Of a stretch of DNA of 45,916 bases, positions 42,499 through 45,916 are shown piece by piece; position 1 is the stretch's first letter; every line of letters starts with the position of its first letter. The DNA is taken from positions 1-45,916 of the forward strand of contig CAYUCP010000003.1 of assembly GCA_964443315.1 (NCBI GenBank). Reading direction: 5' to 3'. Origin of the DNA: an uncultured Gammaproteobacteria bacterium (GTDB lineage Bacteria > Patescibacteriota > Patescibacteriia > 2-12-FULL-60-25). The position numbers and the translations under genes are program-made. The notes below the pieces were generated by a model, which ran no database searches, was not told the origin of the DNA, and saw only the letters and a list, made by a program, of their open reading frames with translations.

Positions 42499-42956
42499 GG
42501 GCGTCCTCCAAGAACACGCGCGGGAGGAGCTTCCTCGAACATCGGCGCGGCCATCGCGTATTGATTCTGCGGGGGTGGAAGCTGGCCGCGCGGTTGCTGC
42601 TGGGGGAAGCTGTCCATCCAACCAGCCGGCATGTTCTCAATATCCATTTGCGCGGCATCGCTTTTGCCGCGCCCGCCCAGTTTTAGGGTTGGGGCGTTGA
42701 TATTGTTGCCGCGAAACATGCTCACCAGAGACACAACGACCACGCTCAGCCCGACCGGCAGCATCAACGCCGCCGCGCCAAACAGAATGGTTTGCAGCCC
42801 GCGCGAAGCCTCGCGCTGGCCCAGCACGATGGCGCGCTGGTCTGGCGTCAGCGATTCAATCTGGCGCGATTCGTTTGAGCTGATGATGGCCGAGCCGCCC
42901 ACAACGACGGCGGCGCACACGGCCATGACAAGCAAAAAGTTTGTGAATGATTTCAT
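42495..42956 (-). CDS. Membrane protein (two TM helices), Gln/Pro-rich tail
   Basis: FLLVMAVCAAVVVGGSAII and ILFGAAALMLPVGLSVVVVSLVSMF. Confidence 0.6.
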   Translation of the reverse strand: MKSFTNFLLVMAVCAAVVVGGSAIISSNESRQIESLTPDQRAIVLGQREASRGLQTILFGAAALMLPVGLSVVVVSLVSMFRGNNINAPTLKLGGRGKSDAAQMDIENMPAGWMDSFPQQQPRGQLPPPQNQYAMAAPMFEEAPPARVLGGRP

Positions 42957-42965
42957 GTCTCTCCT

Positions 42966-43682
42966 TTATGCGTTAGCCGCCGCGCGGGTTTGCCACGCGG
43001 CCATCTGCCGGATGCGCGGCGCGCTTACGCGGAACGCCCGCGCAGCTTCGTTGCTGTTAGCCCCCGCGTTAGCCGTCAGCCAGGCGCGTAAGCTGTCATC
43101 TGTAAGCGCTAACGGCTCGCTTACACCTGCCGTTAGCTGTTTTTGCCCCGCCATTTGCGGGATATTTTGCGGCGCGGCGTCAGGAACGCCCTCAAAACGC
43201 ATTGGCATGGCTTCTGGCTGGCTTTCGGTCACCGTCTCCACCTCAATCGCCCCCCTCACGGTCGTGCGCGTTTTGGGGGCATTGGGCGAAGTGTTAGCGC
43301 GGGAATGGGCGGCGATAGGCAAAACCACCACCGCTAACGTGGGCGCCAGCGCCGCGCACAGAACAGCGAGCCATCCTTGCGCGCCGACTAACGCGCTTAC
43401 GGTCGCGGCGGTCGAGGTTACGATAGTGCCCGTTAGCAACCCAAACAGCAGCGGCGACCAGTTACGCACCAACTCGCCCGCCGCGATAATGATAACGGCG
43501 GCTAACACCAGCCCGAACGCGCCGGTCGTTAGCCCGTGAATCATTCCACGGGCGTTCTCCCACTCCACCCACTTCGAGCCATACAGTCCCAGACCGATTT
43601 CAACGAAGCGCGGCGCGTCCACCAACGCGCCCAAAAAAGCCACGAGCAATTCAAGTCTTGATAGCTTCACTTCTTCCTCCAT
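42966..43682 (-). CDS. Polytopic membrane protein with a C-terminal HTH (DUF2637-like, putative)
   Basis: Start at MEEEVKLSRLELLVAFLGAL; about 4 TM helices; C-terminal SNEAARAFRVSAPRIRQMAAW. Confidence 0.5.
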   Translation of the reverse strand: MEEEVKLSRLELLVAFLGALVDAPRFVEIGLGLYGSKWVEWENARGMIHGLTTGAFGLVLAAVIIIAAGELVRNWSPLLFGLLTGTIVTSTAATVSALVGAQGWLAVLCAALAPTLAVVVLPIAAHSRANTSPNAPKTRTTVRGAIEVETVTESQPEAMPMRFEGVPDAAPQNIPQMAGQKQLTAGVSEPLALTDDSLRAWLTANAGANSNEAARAFRVSAPRIRQMAAWQTRAAANA

Positions 43683-44104
43683 CCTTGCGGAATCGGGATG
43701 CCCGCCCTGCGCATCGCCCATTCTGTGTTGCGAGATTCTTTTAATACGCTGGTCACCGGAATACCCGCGCGAAGCAAAACATATTCGGCCCACTTCACCT
43801 GGCGACGTTTGACGCAAAAGTAGAGTTCATGGCTCGTAGCGCCGCGATCCCACAAGCGAACTCCGAATTTTTTGAGAAGGCGCTCAATTTCGATACCGCT
43901 GTGCCCATCGTGTCGAGACACGCGGATGGTTGGCGCGTTGTGTGACACCACACATGACACAAGCTCGGTGAGGATGCCGACCACGCCGCGCTTTTTATAA
44001 GCCTTGCGCCAGTCGGCATTTATGAACGTGGATATCATGCCCTCGATGCGGTCTATATAGTCCATGCCGAGAACGGTGTCATAGATGAGGTCGGGAATGT
44101 TCAT
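43667..44104 (-). CDS. Hypothetical protein
   Basis: 145-aa ORF. Confidence 0.55.
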   Translation of the reverse strand: MNIPDLIYDTVLGMDYIDRIEGMISTFINADWRKAYKKRGVVGILTELVSCVVSHNAPTIRVSRHDGHSGIEIERLLKKFGVRLWDRGATSHELYFCVKRRQVKWAEYVLLRAGIPVTSVLKESRNTEWAMRRAGIPIPQGWRKK

Positions 44105-44371
44105 CTATTTAGCCTCCTTTTCGTAAATCGTCTCCACCGCGTATCCCTCATTCGAGAGATACAACCTGGCCCACCCCAACCCGCTGGCGATGCGCCCGGC
44201 GCACTTTTCAGCATCACTGCGCGTGCGCGGGTCGTCTATTGCCATCGTGATCTTACCGGTCATGCTCAGGTCAAACATGTTGCTGCCCCGCACGGCGCGG
44301 ATGCCCGCAATCCGCCGGGCAGGGCGGGCGGCAACGCCCATAAACGCCGTGTCAATATTGCCGTAACTCAT
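44105..44371 (-). CDS. Hypothetical protein
   Basis: Start at MSYGNIDTAF with a ggagg SD and an ATGA overlap. Confidence 0.5.
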   Translation of the reverse strand: MSYGNIDTAFMGVAARPARRIAGIRAVRGSNMFDLSMTGKITMAIDDPRTRSDAEKCAGRIASGLGWARLYLSNEGYAVETIYEKEAK

Positions 44372-44481
44372 CTGTCCTCCAAAGACCAAAAAACAAGCCC
44401 GGCAATTGCCAGCGCCAGCACGCCCAGCGCGGCGGCAATACCAAACGCGGTCACGATGACCGCGACAAGCTGGCTAGTCAT
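44368..44481 (-). CDS. Small single-TM protein (37 aa)
   Basis: MTSQLVAVIVTAFGIAAALGVLALAIAGLVFWSLEDR; ATGA overlaps at both ends. Confidence 0.5.
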   Translation of the reverse strand: MTSQLVAVIVTAFGIAAALGVLALAIAGLVFWSLEDR

Positions 44482-44846
44482 GGCTGCACCTCGTTGACGA
44501 TGCGCAACAACACATCGGCATGACATGGTTCATTCAAAGCGCACCAACACGCCAGATTTTTGCCTCGTAAATAGTGTTTGCAAATAATGGCTTTTTGCAT
44601 TCCAGCCCAACCGTCTACACCATGCTTCTCTTCACAGGTTTGCCGAAATTCGTAAAGCGAACTTCCAACATCTACAGAACTTGGGTTAAACCATTTCTCA
44701 AACAACGCCACGCACTGTTGAGCATTGCCGTGAACGCCAACGCGAAACGGATTTCCCCAAGGGCTTCCGCGTCCAACATATTTTGTGTCGGGCGGCATCC
44801 GCCAACCCTTAGTGCGCTTGCGTTGAATTCTTTTAGGATTTGCCAT
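44478..44846 (-). CDS. DUF4326-domain protein
   Basis: YVGRGSPWGNPF...LRGKNLACWCALNEPCHADVLL. Confidence 0.7.
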   Translation of the reverse strand: MANPKRIQRKRTKGWRMPPDTKYVGRGSPWGNPFRVGVHGNAQQCVALFEKWFNPSSVDVGSSLYEFRQTCEEKHGVDGWAGMQKAIICKHYLRGKNLACWCALNEPCHADVLLRIVNEVQP

Positions 44847-45693
44847 TGCTTGATCCTCTCCTCGCAGCACGTTCAGCAATTTGCTGGCGCGCGCGTTCCT
44901 TGGCGGCTTCGCGCATTTCATCGGTGTATTGAATTTGCGTTCTGCGCGAAACACCACGCTTGGATTGCTTGCGTTGGTATGTCTTCGCCGTCTTCTCGCC
45001 CTGCGCCGCCGCGCCCTCACTTGGCATCTCCAAAATCAGCGGGAGCGGGTCTTGCAGCACACCCCGCGCCCGGGTGCGCAGACGCACAAACATGATCTTG
45101 GCGGGTTTTCGCCACGCCTCAGCCTCTTTTTGCGTTCTGACGCAAATCGCCCGCGCATCGTCCAGCGTCATTACGTTTTTGACGATGGCGGGCGCGATGT
45201 CTTTGACCAGCATGTCCCTAAAGGGCGGGGTTATGCCATACTCGCCCAGCAGCGCGGCTACGGAATCTGAAATTTTTTTGGCGCGCGCGTCATCATCATC
45301 AAATTCATCATCAGTACGTACTTCATCAAGAGGGGGACCAGTCCGGACTGGTGCGGACTGGTGCGGACTGGTGCGGACTGGTGCGGACTGGTTGCCGCTC
45401 ATCGTCATGGAATCGGAGCACGCTTGCAACTTGTGGCCGCGCTTTCCCTCCGCTGTCTCTTGTGTTCCACGCCCGATGATTTTGTATCGGCGAGCCATGC
45501 CCGCCTCTTTGTCCACTGCGATGATCTCACCGGCATACGCCAGCTCCCGCATCGCCTCGGCGATGTTGGTGCGCCCCACGCCCGCCGCCTGGGCAATTTG
45601 CGCCCAGCTTGCGTTCGTGATGCCGTCATCGCCCGCCAGCCCGCGCAGAGCGTCTAACGCCCGCCGAGCCTTGCGGCTTAGTTCTGGTTGCAT
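44833..45693 (-). CDS. Replication initiator-like winged-HTH protein carrying internal iterons
   Basis: N-terminal ITNASWAQIAQAAGVGRTNIAEAMRELAYAGEIIAV (wHTH), iteron array in the middle, acidic DDEFDDDD stretch. Confidence 0.55.
   Translation of the reverse strand: MQPELSRKARRALDALRGLAGDDGITNASWAQIAQAAGVGRTNIAEAMRELAYAGEIIAVDKEAGMARRYKIIGRGTQETAEGKRGHKLQACSDSMTMSGNQSAPVRTSPHQSAPVRTGPPLDEVRTDDEFDDDDARAKKISDSVAALLGEYGITPPFRDMLVKDIAPAIVKNVMTLDDARAICVRTQKEAEAWRKPAKIMFVRLRTRARGVLQDPLPLILEMPSEGAAAQGEKTAKTYQRKQSKRGVSRRTQIQYTDEMREAAKERARQQIAERAARRGSSNGKS
45341..45390. repeat. Five tandem 10-bp iterons (gtccggactg, then gtgcggactg x4): candidate replication origin
   Basis: Read directly. The first unit forms the 16-bp palindrome accagtccggactggt (45337..45352). 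An A/T-richer stretch lies at 45270..45330. Confidence 0.85.
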
Positions 45694-45782
45694 AAATTCC
45701 TTGCGCCCACCTCTGGCGCGTTGCCGGTTCTTCTGTTAGAATCAACAACGAATGCAGTCCTTTGGGCTGTTTTCTTGACTAG

Positions 45783-45817
45783 AAAACCGCGCTTCGGCTG
45801 CCCGCCCGCGCGGTTTT
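45783..45817 (-). terminator. Hairpin terminator after the RHH gene
   Basis: aaaaccgcgc (45783..45792) pairs with gcgcggtttt (45808..45817). Confidence 0.6.
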
Positions 45818-45822
45818 CGCTT

Positions 45823-45916
45823 TTATGCCAAACCCTTTGAGTTGGGTTGCATCTCAAACATCTGCGCCAATGCCGCGCGGTAAACGGCAACGAGTTTTAC
45901 CCCCTCGCGTTCGGCT
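45823..45916 (-). CDS. C-terminal end of the junction-spanning RHH regulator (continuation of 1..342)
   Basis: ...AALAQMFEMQPNSKGLA, stop TAA at 45825..45823; 45862..45916 duplicates 1..55. Confidence 0.6.
   Translation of the reverse strand, partial: AEREGVKLVAVYRAALAQMFEMQPNSKGLA
45862..45916. repeat. 55-bp terminal direct repeat, copy 2
   Basis: Exact repeat of bases 1-55. Confidence 0.9.

Noticed and set aside
42631-43539. 302-aa plus-strand ORF
   Set aside because: It lies antisense to two membrane-protein genes that are translationally coupled in the leftward operon. Its composition is Ala/Ser/Thr-rich with no features.
45341-45390. Possible CRISPR array or microsatellite
   Set aside because: The units are 10 bp, directly abutting with no spacers, and lie inside a CDS. 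This is an iteron array, not a CRISPR. The 21-bp repeats at 31479..31541 likewise have no spacers.
44960-45739. 259-aa plus-strand ORF
   Set aside because: It lies antisense to the initiator-like gene, whose minus-strand frame has a clear wHTH and coupling to the downstream genes.
1-45916. Integrase/attP or lysogeny module
   Set aside because: No tyrosine or serine recombinase motifs were seen in any frame, so I make no temperate-integration claim. A small Xis-like HTH at 40747..40983 is not sufficient evidence.

Overview
The window is a closed, circular genome of a GC-rich tailed phage. Its first 55 bases recur exactly as its last 55, leaving about 45,861 unique bp, and one gene reads in frame across the junction. 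I saw no rRNA, tRNA, CRISPR array or integrase. Genes sit in four blocks, mostly linked by ATGA, GTGA or TAATG start/stop overlaps.

- **Rightward early block (1138..8095, +):** small ORFs, a possible recombination pair and a Dam-type methyltransferase.
- **Leftward late block (39014 down to 8321, -):** in transcription order, an SLT transglycosylase, HNH endonuclease and SNase-like nuclease. Next comes a lysis cassette with a holin-like protein, a C14 metacaspase, a 3-TM protein, a TM/coiled-coil/CHAT protein and a three-domain lysin. Then follow VRR-NUC, a ParB-methyltransferase fusion, TerS, TerL, portal, MuF-like protein, scaffold, decoration protein and major capsid. The block ends with connectors, tail tube, G/GT chaperones with a -1 frameshift, tape measure, a 1471-aa tail protein and fibres.
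- **Rightward orphan operon (39180..40983, +):** five genes of unknown function behind a consensus promoter.
- **Leftward replication/transfer-like block (45693 down to 41170, -, then across the junction to 460):** an initiator-like wHTH gene carrying 10-bp iterons, DUF4326, membrane proteins and an FtsK/SpoIIIE-type ATPase. After the junction come a tandem RHH regulator and a frameshifted sunset-domain gene.

Most worth a second look:
1. Two caspase-fold proteases interleaved with holin-like proteins in the lysis cassette.
2. A conjugative-plasmid-like FtsK plus membrane-protein module, with a hexamer-repeat inverted repeat at the 3' end of the ATPase gene.
3. An AT-rich opposite-strand moron placed back to back with a late promoter, leader and terminator unit.
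4. A 14-bp perfect palindrome present three times, and a 19-mer shared by both convergent junctions.

All functional calls come from reading motifs by eye. No database search was run.
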